From: Planctomycetota bacterium
GTDB lineage: Bacteria > Planctomycetota > JAJSAM01 > JAJVHW01
Length of the DNA: 64,000 nt
Assembly (NCBI GenBank): GCA_965248445.1
Contig: CBDFJG010000004.1
Span: 672,001-736,000, forward strand
Direction: 5' to 3'
Under the pieces are notes generated by a model, which searched no databases, was not told the DNA's origin, and worked only from the letters and a program-made list of their open reading frames with translations. Below are positions 39,906-49,688 of this stretch, one piece after another (within the stretch, counting starts at the first letter, position 1; the number at the start of each line of letters is the position of its first letter). Made by a program: the position numbers and the translations under genes.

Positions 39906-40655
39906 CTACCGGCCGACGATGAGGCGGTCGGCGAGGTAGTTCGGCAGGCCGGGCGTGGCGTAGATCTTGTCCATCGTCGTGCGCACGTCGTACTCGACGC
40001 GATGGAAGTTGATGGTCTTGCCGTCGAGGACGGCGTAGCTGGCGCGGGGATCGCCGTCGCGCGGCTGGCCGACGGAGCCCACGTTGATCAACGCCTTGCC
40101 ACCCTGGTGCGTGTAGGTCTCGGCGCTCCGCGCCGGGGACAGGAAACGGAACGTGTCCGTGTAGACACCCGGAATGTGGCTGTGCCCGACGAAGCAGAGC
40201 GACGGGATCATCGAGAAGATCTCGGTCATCTTCTCGCGGTTCCGGATGTCCTGCGGAACCATGTACTCCTTGGTCGGCACGCGCGGCGAACCGTGGACGT
40301 ACAGGACGTCGCCCTCGGTGTGCGACTCCTCGAGGCCGCCGAGGAAGTTCCACATCTCGTAGTTCGCCGAGCGGTCGTAGTCCGGTGAGTTGAGCTGCGC
40401 CTTGGTCCACTCGAGAGCCTGACGGGCCTTCTCGTTGAAGTCCTCGCCGTAGAACATCACGGCCTCTTCGTGGTTGCCCATGAGGCAGAATCGGGCGTTC
40501 TTGACGATCTCGATGCACTCGCGCGGGTTGGGTCCGTAGCCGATCACGTCTCCGAGGCACACGATGTCGCCGACGTGCTGGTCCGCGAGGTGATCGAGGA
40601 CCGCCGTCAGGGCCTCGATGTTCGCGTGCAGGTCCGAGATGATGGCGATGCGCAA
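39906..40655 (-). CDS. Metallophosphoesterase (calcineurin-like)
   Basis: SDLHAN, GDVIGYG, GNHE, HGSP, GHSH and NVGSVGQPRD motifs; TTG start. Confidence 0.9.
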   Translation of the reverse strand: MRIAIISDLHANIEALTAVLDHLADQHVGDIVCLGDVIGYGPNPRECIEIVKNARFCLMGNHEEAVMFYGEDFNEKARQALEWTKAQLNSPDYDRSANYEMWNFLGGLEESHTEGDVLYVHGSPRVPTKEYMVPQDIRNREKMTEIFSMIPSLCFVGHSHIPGVYTDTFRFLSPARSAETYTHQGGKALINVGSVGQPRDGDPRASYAVLDGKTINFHRVEYDVRTTMDKIYATPGLPNYLADRLIVGR

Positions 40656-40840
40656 GACGTGGGCCTCTCTGGGGACCTCTCCGGTGGGTGCAGCCCGGAC
40701 GGCGGGCTCCGTGGCGCCGCCTCCGGCAGTCCATACTGCCGTGACGTCATAACGGACGCACGCTTCGAGGGCCCGATCATACCGAAGGCCGCGGCGATCG
40801 GGAGCCTCCAAGCCTCCCGGCGGCGGGGGTGGCGGCCGGC

Positions 40841-42196
40841 CTACTCGGCCTCGCCCGTGGTCGCCGCAGCCAACCCCACGCGGAGCTCGACCGGGAACGC
40901 ATAGCGCGGATCCTCCCGCTCCTCGGCGTTGCGGACCAGCGTGGCGAGCCGCCTCACCGCCCGGCGTCGGGTCTGCTCCTTGCCCTCCAGGGTCACAAGG
41001 ATGTCCTTCGACAGATCCAGCATGTGGTCGTCGAGTTGGACCGAGAGCGACTCCAGCCAGCCCCGGCGCTCGGCCGCGGTCCGGGCCGGGTCGCGGGACC
41101 GCGGGTTGACGATCGAGATATCGATCGCGTTGCGCTCGGGGTCGAGTTCGGCCACCACGTTGGACCGCAGCCACGGGCTCTCCCACCTCAGCCAGTAGAA
41201 GGTGGTCTTCCAGTCGCGGACCGGCTCCCAGCGGATCTTCTTCGGCCGCGGATTCCGCACGTGGTCCGCCATCCACTCGAGTCCTGGGCCGGCGCCCTTC
41301 TCGGGGAACGCGTGCCCGCGGCCGTCCACCTCCTCGTACACGAACTCCCAGCCCGCGGAGTCTTCCGCGTGGAGCTTGGCGAGCTGCGCGCACGCGAACA
41401 CGTTCGCAGCGGCCGGCACGTTCGGATCGTCGAGGCTCTGGTAGACGAACAGCGGCAGGTTGTAGAGGTTGGGCAGGTACCCCTCGAGGACGCCGTCCGC
41501 CTCCTTGTCCTTCTTCCCCGGCAGCCAGAAGACGGTCGGCGCGCCGGCGAACGCAGTGCCCGCGGCGAACAGGTCCGCGTGCACCGCGCCGTACGTCCAG
41601 GTGCCGAAGCCCCCCATCGAGTGACCGGTGACATAGACGCGATCGGGATCCACGTCCGAGGCCCGGCGTGCCGCCCGCAACAGTTCGAGCACCCACTTCT
41701 CCGTGTCCACCGGATCTGTCCAGCCGTACTCCGTCTTCTGCAGCACCTCCGGGTAGAGGCCGCGCATCTTGAGCGAGGAGATGCCGCCGCTGAACGAGGA
41801 CCGCGCCTGTCCGCAGTCGCCGGAACCGGCACCGCCGCCGTGGAGCGCGAGCACGAGTCCCTTCTTGCCCTTGCCCGACGTCATGTAGCGGCCCTTCCAG
41901 CCGTCCTTCTTCTTGTCGAACCACTCGCCGCCGCCTTTGTCGATCTTGCGACCGCGCTTCTGCACGCGTTCGACTGCGAGTTCCTGCAGTGCCGGAACCT
42001 CTTTCGCGGTGAGCGGCGCCGCCGCCTCGATGGCCGCCCATGCCTTGGCTCGGTCCTTGTCCTTCTTCGCCTTGCAGTACGCCTTGACCAGCGAAGCGTG
42101 CGACGGGGCGGCGGAAGCGACGGGCGCGGGGTCGCGGAGCAGCATCGCAAGGGCGAGCGTGGGCAGGATGGTGAGAGTGACGGCGCGACGGATCAC
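40841..42196 (-). CDS. Secreted alpha/beta-hydrolase (esterase/peptidase-like)
   Basis: Signal peptide; LHGGG, DPDRVYVTGHSMGG and GRGH motifs. Confidence 0.82.
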   Translation of the reverse strand: MIRRAVTLTILPTLALAMLLRDPAPVASAAPSHASLVKAYCKAKKDKDRAKAWAAIEAAAPLTAKEVPALQELAVERVQKRGRKIDKGGGEWFDKKKDGWKGRYMTSGKGKKGLVLALHGGGAGSGDCGQARSSFSGGISSLKMRGLYPEVLQKTEYGWTDPVDTEKWVLELLRAARRASDVDPDRVYVTGHSMGGFGTWTYGAVHADLFAAGTAFAGAPTVFWLPGKKDKEADGVLEGYLPNLYNLPLFVYQSLDDPNVPAAANVFACAQLAKLHAEDSAGWEFVYEEVDGRGHAFPEKGAGPGLEWMADHVRNPRPKKIRWEPVRDWKTTFYWLRWESPWLRSNVVAELDPERNAIDISIVNPRSRDPARTAAERRGWLESLSVQLDDHMLDLSKDILVTLEGKEQTRRRAVRRLATLVRNAEEREDPRYAFPVELRVGLAAATTGEAE

Positions 42197-42264
42197 GCGC
42201 CCAAGAGTACATGGCCCCGTCCACACAGCGCAGTCCACGCGACGCACTCGCACGGCATGCGTGA

Positions 42265-42707
42265 CTAGTCGGCAGTCAGGTCGATCTCGGTGCCGTCGGG
42301 CAGGATCAGCAGGACCGGCTCGACGACGCCGGACGACTGCTGCACGCCGACGACCACCGCGTCGGACTTCGAGCCGTCGATGTCGAACGCAATCGGGTCG
42401 TTCGCGAACTCGCTCTTCCGTTCTGCGAACGACACCGTCTGGCCGAACGAGAAGCTGACGTCCTCGATCTCGCCGACGTGCTCCGCGACCGTGGGATCGT
42501 CTCGGAGATCGGCTTCGACCATCTCGCCCATCTGCCCCATGCCCCAGAACATGGCGGCGGCGCCACCGCCGCAGCAGAGAAGCACCAGCAGCAGGATGAC
42601 ACCGACGACGATCCGACGATCAGGACTGTCTTGCCACCGCCCTTCTTGCCTTCCTCGCTCGGCGGGCTCAAGTCGTTCATGTCGTTCATGTCGGTCATGT
42701 CGGTCAT
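42265..42707 (-). pseudogene. Coa1-like (cytochrome oxidase assembly) small membrane protein with a 1-bp frameshift
   Basis: One missing base at about 42613 would join MTD...KTVLIVG to IVVGVILLLVLLCCGG...LRDDPTVAEHVGEI...FDIDGSKS. Confidence 0.65.
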
Positions 42708-42756
42708 CGTGCTACCTCCAGCGCGCCGCGCGCGGCGCTCCGTCTGACGTCGCCTG

Positions 42757-43101
42757 TCACATCGCGAAGCCGTTCACGCCGTCGTAGACACAGATCAGCA
42801 CCATGGGCGTGCCCAGGATGACGGGCACCATCGAGAGCAGCGCCAGGATCTTCGGGTCGTACTTGATGTGCATGAAGAAGCGCGCCACGAGCACGGCCTT
42901 CCACGCCGCGAGCGCGATCAGGATCAGCACCCCGATCATGAAGACCTCGGGCCGTTTGTGGTCCTCTCCCGGCGCGATCCAGAACGCCACCGCGAACTCG
43001 ATCCCCGTCAACACGGCGAGAGTGATGATCACGCGCACGTACACCGGCAGATGGCTCTCGTGCTCCGCGTGTTCGGCAGCGACTGCGTGCTCTGCACTCA
43101 T
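42757..43101 (-). CDS. Cytochrome c oxidase subunit IV family protein
   Basis: LAVLTGIEF and KAVLVARFFMHIKYD motifs; 3 TM helices. Confidence 0.85.
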   Translation of the reverse strand: MSAEHAVAAEHAEHESHLPVYVRVIITLAVLTGIEFAVAFWIAPGEDHKRPEVFMIGVLILIALAAWKAVLVARFFMHIKYDPKILALLSMVPVILGTPMVLICVYDGVNGFAM

Positions 43102-43148
43102 GGGCCGGGCTCCGATGGATGGGGCGAACGCCCAGAAGAGAAAGATGA

Positions 43149-43790
43149 TCAGAACAGGTAGATGATCGTGAAGAGCACGATCCAGACCAGATCGACGAAG
43201 TGCCAGAACAGCCCCACGAGTTCGACCGGGCTGTGGCTCTCTGCCGTGTACTTGCCGCGCATCGCGCCGATGAGGATGCACGAGAGGTAGATCACACCGG
43301 ACAGCACGTGCGTCCCGTGGAACGCCGTGCACGCGTAGAACGTCGCGCCGTACAGATGCGAGTTCACGTGCAAGCCGGCGTGCATCAGGTGCGCGTACTC
43401 GTAGATCTGAATTCCCAGGAACGTCGCGCCGAACAGGATCGTGGCGAGCAGCCAGAGCTTGAGCCCCTTCTGGTTGCCCTTCTTGATGTTGTGCATTGCC
43501 AGCACCATCGTGAAGGAGCTGCAGATCAGAATGAACGTGTTGACTCCGGTGAGGACCGGGTCGAGCGCCGGCAGGCCGGCCTCCGCGCCGCCGAACGCGC
43601 CTGCGACCGGACGCCACATCTCGGAGGTCATGCTGGCCCGCGCGATGATGTACGCGCCGATCAGGCCGACGAACCCCATCGCGTCGGAGCCGAGGAACAC
43701 CCACATGCCGAACTTGCCGGGCGTGAAGCCGAACCGCGAGAGCGAGTACTGCTCCTGCCCCATCGCGTCGATCGGTGCGACATTGCTCAT
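43149..43790 (-). CDS. ctaE: Heme-copper oxidase subunit III
   Basis: GMWVFL.SD, NTFILICSS, Q..EY, FHGTHV and GLFWHFVDLVW motifs. Confidence 0.92.
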   Translation of the reverse strand: MSNVAPIDAMGQEQYSLSRFGFTPGKFGMWVFLGSDAMGFVGLIGAYIIARASMTSEMWRPVAGAFGGAEAGLPALDPVLTGVNTFILICSSFTMVLAMHNIKKGNQKGLKLWLLATILFGATFLGIQIYEYAHLMHAGLHVNSHLYGATFYACTAFHGTHVLSGVIYLSCILIGAMRGKYTAESHSPVELVGLFWHFVDLVWIVLFTIIYLF

Positions 43791-43845
43791 CGAGATGCGT
43801 CCTCGCTGATCCCAGTTGGTGCCCCGGGAGGCTTCCGTTCGGCTC

Positions 43846-44010
43846 CTAGAGCCACAACTTCCACACGAACGGCAGGATGAACAGGGTGGCCACGACTGCG
43901 ACGACGATCAGGCCGACGCGTCGCGCCCGCGCGCGCCTTGCCGGGTCCCCAGGATCTCCCTGGCCTCCCAGGTCGGCCGGCTCGTTTCCGCGCCGGTCTG
44001 CGGCCCCCAT
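43846..44010 (-). CDS. Small hypothetical membrane protein
   Basis: 54-aa ORF ending in the TM segment RRVGLIVVAVVATLFILPFVWKLWL. Confidence 0.4.
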   Translation of the reverse strand: MGAADRRGNEPADLGGQGDPGDPARRARARRVGLIVVAVVATLFILPFVWKLWL

Positions 44011-44188
44011 CGCGTCCGTCTCTCCCGCCAGCCGGTCCAGTCCATACAGGGTCCAATCCGTCCATCCGCTGACCCGCCGCCGGACCCGCGTGGTCCAACC
44101 CGGCCGGAGGGGCGACATTCAAACGCATCGAAGGGGCGACGTCATCCTTCGCTTCGGCCGCGGTCGGTGAAGCGCTCCCGGCCAGGCC

Positions 44189-44836
44189 TCACGCGCCCCC
44201 GGACATCAGCCCACGGTCCGCGAGCGAGGTGTAGGCGCCGTCCCCGACGATCACGTGGTCGAGCACGCGGATGCCGAGCAGATCGCCGGCATCCACGAGG
44301 CGCCTCGTGACGGCGAGGTCGTCGGCGGAGGGCGCCGGATCGCCGCTCGGGTGGTTGTGGACCAGGACGACGGCCGCGGCGCCGTGCCGCACGGCGGGTC
44401 CGAACACCTCGCGGGGATGGACCGGCGACGAGGTCAGCGTGCCCTGGGAGACCAGCTCCTCCCGCAACACGCGGTGCTTTCCGTCGAGAAGGAGCGTGAG
44501 GAAGCGCTCGACGCGCAGGTCCCGGAGCCGCGGACCGAAGTGGCGCTGGACGTCGCGGCTGCTGCGGAAGGGCATACCGCGGCGGAGCGGCCGGGCGCCT
44601 GCGCGGCGGATCAGCTCGGCGAGAGCGGCGACCCGCGCGGCGCGGGCCGGGCCAAGGCCCGGCAGGGCGCGGAGCTCGGCCGGACAGAGCCGTAGCAGCG
44701 GCCGCAGTCCTCCGGCCACGGCCAGGACCGGAGCAAGAACCGCCACGGACGGACCGCTCAAGACCGCCGCCAGGAGAGCTGCGTCGCTCTCCGACTCCAG
44801 GCGCGGATCCGTCGGGCAGGTGGCGAGCGCGGGCAT
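44189..44836 (-). CDS. radC: RadC / JAB-domain protein
   Basis: ESDAALL, HhH, VHPREVF, HNHPSGD.PS..D and LDHVIVG motifs. Confidence 0.92.
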   Translation of the reverse strand: MPALATCPTDPRLESESDAALLAAVLSGPSVAVLAPVLAVAGGLRPLLRLCPAELRALPGLGPARAARVAALAELIRRAGARPLRRGMPFRSSRDVQRHFGPRLRDLRVERFLTLLLDGKHRVLREELVSQGTLTSSPVHPREVFGPAVRHGAAAVVLVHNHPSGDPAPSADDLAVTRRLVDAGDLLGIRVLDHVIVGDGAYTSLADRGLMSGGA

Positions 44837-44883
44837 CGTGCGCGAGGAAGGACGCGCGAGCGAGGCACGTGGTTACGCTCAGC

Positions 44884-45277
44884 TCACTTCCCGCCCTTGG
44901 ACTGCTTCTTTCCCTCCGCGATGAGCCGGTCGAAATGCTCCGCGATCGCGTCGTAGTTGAGGATGAAGAGCAGAACGAGCGCGATCCCGACCGCGATCAG
45001 CGCCACGCGCTTGGCGGTCCGTACCAACGACACCCGCGGCACTCGGCACTCTGGCCTGTGCTGCGTCTCCCATCACGCCGCTCAGGAACGAGGGACTTGA
45101 CCGGTGCCGCTTGAAGGGGCCGCGCGCGCCTCGTTTCAACACGTTCGGGGTGCCGCAGTGCGGGCAGATCACCGTGTCGCCCTCGTGTTCGTCGTGCAGC
45201 AGCACTGGCTGCTCGCACTCCACGCAGCGCAGGAAGCGCCCATGATCGTCGGACGAGTGGCCTATCGATTTCCCCAT
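44884..45277 (-). pseudogene. Zn-ribbon membrane protein frameshifted by a 7-bp tandem duplication
   Basis: CVEC..CPHC N-terminus. GGCACTC occurs twice (45038-45051); removing one copy gives a 128-aa ORF with TM VALIAVGIALVLLFIL. Confidence 0.7.
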
Positions 45278-45312
45278 CGAGAGGAGAGTGTATCGCCCTC
45301 CAAACGCGCCGT

Positions 45313-46605
45313 CTATCGGGAGCGCACGCTCTTCTGAAACGACGCGTAGAGCTGCGCGATCGAGACGTCGTACGCCTGTTGAAACGACGGCTCGAGCCGC
45401 TCGCCCTCGTAGAGCCGCGCGAGCGCCGCGCGAAAGCTCGTGCCCCGCTCGCCGCGGCGCAGCCACTCGACGAACGCCAGAGACGTGTCGTACTGCAGGC
45501 GGGCGACGCCTTCGTCGGCAGTGGAGGCAAACGGTTTGATGAGCTGCGCGTAGTCGAGTCCCTTCACGATGCGCACGCGCCCGGCGGACGCCCGAACGTC
45601 GCGGCCCTCGTGGAGTTGCGCCAGCCCCTCGTGCAGCCAGGACGGCGCCCGCCGGCCCAGCGGAGCGAGCGCCGCGTGCACGTACTCGTGCCGCGCGCGC
45701 TTGAGGAGCTCTTCCTGCTTCGTACCGACGCCCTTGATCGGCAGGCGAATCTGTCCGTCGAACAGGCCGGCGACCCACTGATGGGCGCCGGTGGACGCGC
45801 GAAACGCCTCCTGGGACAGCAAGACGACCTTGAGCGGCCGGGTGATGGCGCTCTGGATGTCGGCGGAGACCACGCGATGCGCCTCCTCCAGCGTGCGGAG
45901 GACGTGCGACGCGAGCACGGTCTGCGTGGCGTCGTGGAGGACGGTGAAGTGCGAAGAGTGTTGCCGGGAGAGCGTCTGCTCGACGGCGAGCGCCTTCTTG
46001 GCGCGGTCGAGACGGCTGTGCAGCTTCGAGCTACGGGAGCCGAGGCGAACCGCGGTCTCCCACTCGGCGATCGCGTCTTCCAGGCGCCCCTCGCGATAGA
46101 GGACCATGCCCCACCGCTCGTAGGCCAGTGGCTCGCGGGTGCCGTTCTCGCGAGCCTCGGCCACCAGGAGCGCGGCGTCGTGGGGATACCCCTGCTCCTC
46201 GCGGCAGGCGGCGAGGTTCAGCAGGACGATCGGGTCCTTCGGAAGCAGCTTGCGTGCCTCCTCCGCTTGGTGCGCCGCGCGATCCGCCTCACCGCGCCCG
46301 AGCAGCCAGACCGACAGGTTCGACCGCGACAGCGCCAGGTTGCGCATGATCGTGTCGTCGGTGGGCGCCTCCTTGAGCGCGTTGCGGAACGCCTCGATGG
46401 CCTCGAGGTGCTTGCCGGCCTCGGCCAGGCGGATGCCCTCATCGTTCCAGCGAACGGCCTGCGGCGAGAGCGTCTCGGCGGCCGCCGCGGGCACGGCGAC
46501 CGAGAGGGACGCAGCGACGGAGAAGACGAGCAGCAACAGGAGACCGAACGGCACGGTCCACCGGACCGGGCCGACGCTGCAGCGGGGCGTCGTTCGTCGT
46601 GTCAC
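45313..46605 (-). CDS. Secreted TPR protein with gluzincin (peptidase MA-like) domain
   Basis: Signal peptide, TPR repeats, HEYVH...WLHEGLA; exact start uncertain. Confidence 0.82.
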   Translation of the reverse strand: MTRRTTPRCSVGPVRWTVPFGLLLLLVFSVAASLSVAVPAAAAETLSPQAVRWNDEGIRLAEAGKHLEAIEAFRNALKEAPTDDTIMRNLALSRSNLSVWLLGRGEADRAAHQAEEARKLLPKDPIVLLNLAACREEQGYPHDAALLVAEARENGTREPLAYERWGMVLYREGRLEDAIAEWETAVRLGSRSSKLHSRLDRAKKALAVEQTLSRQHSSHFTVLHDATQTVLASHVLRTLEEAHRVVSADIQSAITRPLKVVLLSQEAFRASTGAHQWVAGLFDGQIRLPIKGVGTKQEELLKRARHEYVHAALAPLGRRAPSWLHEGLAQLHEGRDVRASAGRVRIVKGLDYAQLIKPFASTADEGVARLQYDTSLAFVEWLRRGERGTSFRAALARLYEGERLEPSFQQAYDVSIAQLYASFQKSVRSR

Positions 46606-46659
46606 TGTTTGCGGGTCACTGGTTTGCGGGTCACTGGCTTACGGGTCACCGGTTGCTGG
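46601..46659. repeat. 15-bp tandem repeat (4 units)
   Basis: gtcactgtttgcgg / gtcactggtttgcgg / gtcactggcttacgg / gtcaccggttgctgg. Confidence 0.65.
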
Positions 46660-46817
46660 AACACCGCCCCCGAGTTGATGTCTCGGGGTGTGGCCGGTCC
46701 TCTCAGGACATTATGCCAGGGACACCGGTCGCCTTCGGCCCGGAGCGAGATTCACGGCGCACAAACCAGAACGTGCGTGCGCACCCAATCGCATCATCTG
46801 CGTCAGCAGATGAGCCA

Positions 46818-46858
46818 AAAAGGAACGAGGCCGCGCCAGGAACCTGGCGCGGCCTCGT
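46818..46858 (-). terminator. Intrinsic terminator
   Basis: ACGAGGCCGCGCCAGG-AA-CCTGGCGCGGCCTCGT followed by TCCTTTTT on the minus strand, downstream of the 46917-47528 gene. Confidence 0.75.
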
Positions 46859-46916
46859 GGTGCTTCCAGTCGCGTCGTCTGCGTCAGCAGACGAGCCAGA
46901 GAGCAATCGACCGGCT

Positions 46917-47528
46917 TCAGCCGGTCGACCCGAACGCCTCGGCCAGCTTCGTCGCGGCCCCCGGCGGCGTGCCCGTCTCGGAGTCGCGGATGCCGAGCGT
47001 GACCAGCATGCCGAGGATCAGGAACACGAACGTGACGGTCATCACGAACGCCCAGATCAGGTCGCTGGGGGCCTTCTCCTGCGCGGCGGCGCGGGCGCGG
47101 CGCGGGCGCCCGGCAACGGCGACCGCGGCGAGCGGCTCGTCATCGACCATGTCGGTCATGTCACCCGGCTCGATGCCGAGCGGCTCGGTGCTCATGCCGA
47201 TCTCCTCGTCGACGAGCGTGTCCTGCGACGAGATCTCGGCCGTGGCCATGCCCGCGTCGGCGGCGGTCAGGTCGAGGTCGTCGCCCTCATCGAAGATCAG
47301 GTCGTCGGTCAGCGTCTCGCTGGCGTCGCCGGCCGAGAGGTCGATGACCCCCGCGACCTCGTCGTCGCCATCGAGGTTCTCGACGTCCGCGCGACGGAAC
47401 TTCATCTCGTCGCCTTCGCGGAACGCTCGGATCTCGCCCTCGGAGACGAGGCGCTTCAGCCGCGTCTCGTCGATCTGCAGCTTCTTGAGGACCTCGTCGA
47501 ACGTGAAGAACTCGCCGCTCTTACCCAC
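46917..47528 (-). CDS. Excisionase-like HTH protein with acidic linker and C-terminal TM
   Basis: FFTFDEVLKKL...LKRLVSEGEIRAFREG..MKFRRADVE; acidic region; TM helix. Confidence 0.8.
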   Translation of the reverse strand: MGKSGEFFTFDEVLKKLQIDETRLKRLVSEGEIRAFREGDEMKFRRADVENLDGDDEVAGVIDLSAGDASETLTDDLIFDEGDDLDLTAADAGMATAEISSQDTLVDEEIGMSTEPLGIEPGDMTDMVDDEPLAAVAVAGRPRRARAAAQEKAPSDLIWAFVMTVTFVFLILGMLVTLGIRDSETGTPPGAATKLAEAFGSTG

Positions 47529-47594
47529 TGTCTCACCTCCGTGCCGACTGCCCGACGACCTCTAGGTCTAACGACTCGCAGGACCAAGCCGATC

Positions 47595-48092
47595 TTAGCG
47601 CTCGTCGCCCCCGCCGGCATCACCGCCGCCGGCGTCGCCGCCGCTGCCCTCGCCGCCCGTCACACCTCCCGGTGCGTTGACGTCCACACGCTTCACCGGT
47701 CGACCGCCCCGATTGAGGCGCTTCTGCCGGTTCGCGAGCCTCTCGAGGTCCTCCGCCTTGTACTGCGAGTCGTCGTTGTACTCGTCGAGTTTGAGGTCCC
47801 ACTCTATGTTTCGCGCAGCGCGCAACTCAACAGATTTCCCCAGGTTGCTGGCGCCGTAGACGACCAGTCGCCGGGACTCCGTGTCGATGACCCAGAGCAC
47901 GCTCATGCCGCTTCCGACGCTACCCGTCGCGGCGATGAACCGGCCGTTGCTGGACATCGTCGAGTTCGCGTAACTCGAGCCGCCTTGCTGAGCCCACGCG
48001 GGCTCGCCCTGGCCTCCGACGAGGCTCCCCAGCAGGAAGGCCGAGAGGACCGCGAGGGCCCCGATCGCCAGGTTCTTCACGTCCATCCGCAT
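47595..48092 (-). CDS. Hypothetical exported/membrane protein
   Basis: GGAGGT RBS, N-terminal hydrophobic segment, LWVIDT..RLVVY..LRAARNIEWD. Confidence 0.7.
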   Translation of the reverse strand: MRMDVKNLAIGALAVLSAFLLGSLVGGQGEPAWAQQGGSSYANSTMSSNGRFIAATGSVGSGMSVLWVIDTESRRLVVYGASNLGKSVELRAARNIEWDLKLDEYNDDSQYKAEDLERLANRQKRLNRGGRPVKRVDVNAPGGVTGGEGSGGDAGGGDAGGGDER

Positions 48093-48218
48093 GCAACACC
48101 TCCAGCCCCGCGCGAGAGCGGGTCGCGGAGGGTACCGCCCACCGGTCACGGGAGGATCGCCGATTCGGCCGACGCTCCGGCCTCCAGGCGCCGGGAGGTC
48201 CGTTCCGGGGGGCCGGCC

Positions 48219-49688
48219 TCAGTCCAGGAACGCCGGCAGCGAGAAGAGGACGTCCAGCCCCCCCTCCTCCCGGGGCCGAAGTTCCACGCCGCCGCCGTGG
48301 TCGTCGAGGATCTTGTGGACGGTGGCAAGCCCCAGCCCCGAACCCTTGCCCTGCTCCTTCGTGGTGTAGAAGAGGTCGAAGGCGCGAGAGAGCTGTTCGG
48401 GCGACATCCCGGGTCCCGTGTCGCGGATCCTCAGCAGGACTCGCCCGTCCTGCTGCCAGGTGCGGACCTCGAGGCGGCGCTCGTCGACGTCCCCCTCCGT
48501 GAGCGCGTCCAGCGCGTTCAACATGACGTTCAGGGTCGCCTGTTGAAGCTCGTAGAAGTCGCCGAAGACGCGGTTCGCCTGCTCGGTGAGCTCGACCACA
48601 ACGTCGACCCCCTCGCGTTCGACTCGGTGGCGCACCAGAGCGAGTGCCGGCGCCACGACGTCGTTCAGTTCCAACGGCTGCGGCGCCACTGCGTGAGGCG
48701 TGAATCGGAGGATCTTCGCGACCGTGGCCTCGATGCGCTGCAGACCGCCCTCGACCAGCAGCAGGTACTCATCGCGGCGCTCGGTGGGCATCTGCTTGGT
48801 GCGCAGGGCGCGGATCGCATTAGTCATGCCGCCGAGCGGGTTGTTGACCTCGTGGGCGATCCCCGCGGCAAGCGTTCCGGTCGCCGCCAGTCGCTGCGCG
48901 ATGACGAGCGAGTCCTGCGTGCGCCGGGCGCGGCGCAGCGCCGAGCCGATGCGATCCTGCAGGTCTCCGTGGAGCACGCCCAGTTCGTCCATCATCGAGT
49001 TGAAGGCCACGACCACCTTCTGGATCTCGTCCTCCCGGCCCGTCGAGGGGACCGACGTCGTGTAGTCGCCCTCCGCGACGCGCTGGGCCCCGCGGGCGAC
49101 GGCCCGCAGCGGGCGCGTGACGATGCGGTCGGCGATGAACCATGTCAGGAGCAGCAGGATGACGCCCGCGGCGACCAGCACGAGAAACGTGACGCGTCCG
49201 GCTGCCACAGCGTCGATCTCGAGGGGTCTGAGCTCGAGGAAAACGACGGTGCGGCGACCCTCCCGGTCCGGCCGGCCGGTCAGGCGCGGGCCGGGGACCG
49301 CCACGGCGCGGCCCTCCCGAATGCCGCTCTCCGTCTCGACGACGACGCTCACGCTACTGAGCGCCCGCTCGGCGACGACGGCGTTGTCGGTGATCTCGCC
49401 CCAGGAGCGGTCAGGGACCGGGGTGCCGTCGGCGTCGATGCGATACACGGCGAGCGAGGTGAGCTGCCGGTGCAACCTGCCCGCGGGGTCGATGAGCAGC
49501 GAGTCGGCGGGCGTCTCGATCGGCAGCGTGCTCGCCAGACCGCCGGCGAACGCGGCCATCGTGTCGTAGTGCTCGCGCATGCGATCGGCGCGATGGGACT
49601 CGGTGATCAGGGTGAACGCGACGAGGACGCCGAGCACGATGCAGAGCGTGACACCGATGGCACCGAACAGACGAGCGCGAAGAGTCAT
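48219..49688 (-). CDS. Sensor histidine kinase (HAMP-HisKA-HATPase)
   Basis: 2 TM helices, HAMP, AHEVNNPL, NALDA, DTGPG and FYTTKEQGKGSGLGL motifs. Confidence 0.93.
   Translation of the reverse strand: MTLRARLFGAIGVTLCIVLGVLVAFTLITESHRADRMREHYDTMAAFAGGLASTLPIETPADSLLIDPAGRLHRQLTSLAVYRIDADGTPVPDRSWGEITDNAVVAERALSSVSVVVETESGIREGRAVAVPGPRLTGRPDREGRRTVVFLELRPLEIDAVAAGRVTFLVLVAAGVILLLLTWFIADRIVTRPLRAVARGAQRVAEGDYTTSVPSTGREDEIQKVVVAFNSMMDELGVLHGDLQDRIGSALRRARRTQDSLVIAQRLAATGTLAAGIAHEVNNPLGGMTNAIRALRTKQMPTERRDEYLLLVEGGLQRIEATVAKILRFTPHAVAPQPLELNDVVAPALALVRHRVEREGVDVVVELTEQANRVFGDFYELQQATLNVMLNALDALTEGDVDERRLEVRTWQQDGRVLLRIRDTGPGMSPEQLSRAFDLFYTTKEQGKGSGLGLATVHKILDDHGGGVELRPREEGGLDVLFSLPAFLD

Noticed and set aside
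39906..42224. 772-aa metallophosphoesterase
   Set aside because: The N-terminal ~520 aa is an off-frame read of the hydrolase gene; the real gene starts at about 40655
33835..46904. Short repeat arrays as possible CRISPR
   Set aside because: Units are contiguous 14-16-mers or just two copies, with no unique spacers and no cas genes in the window
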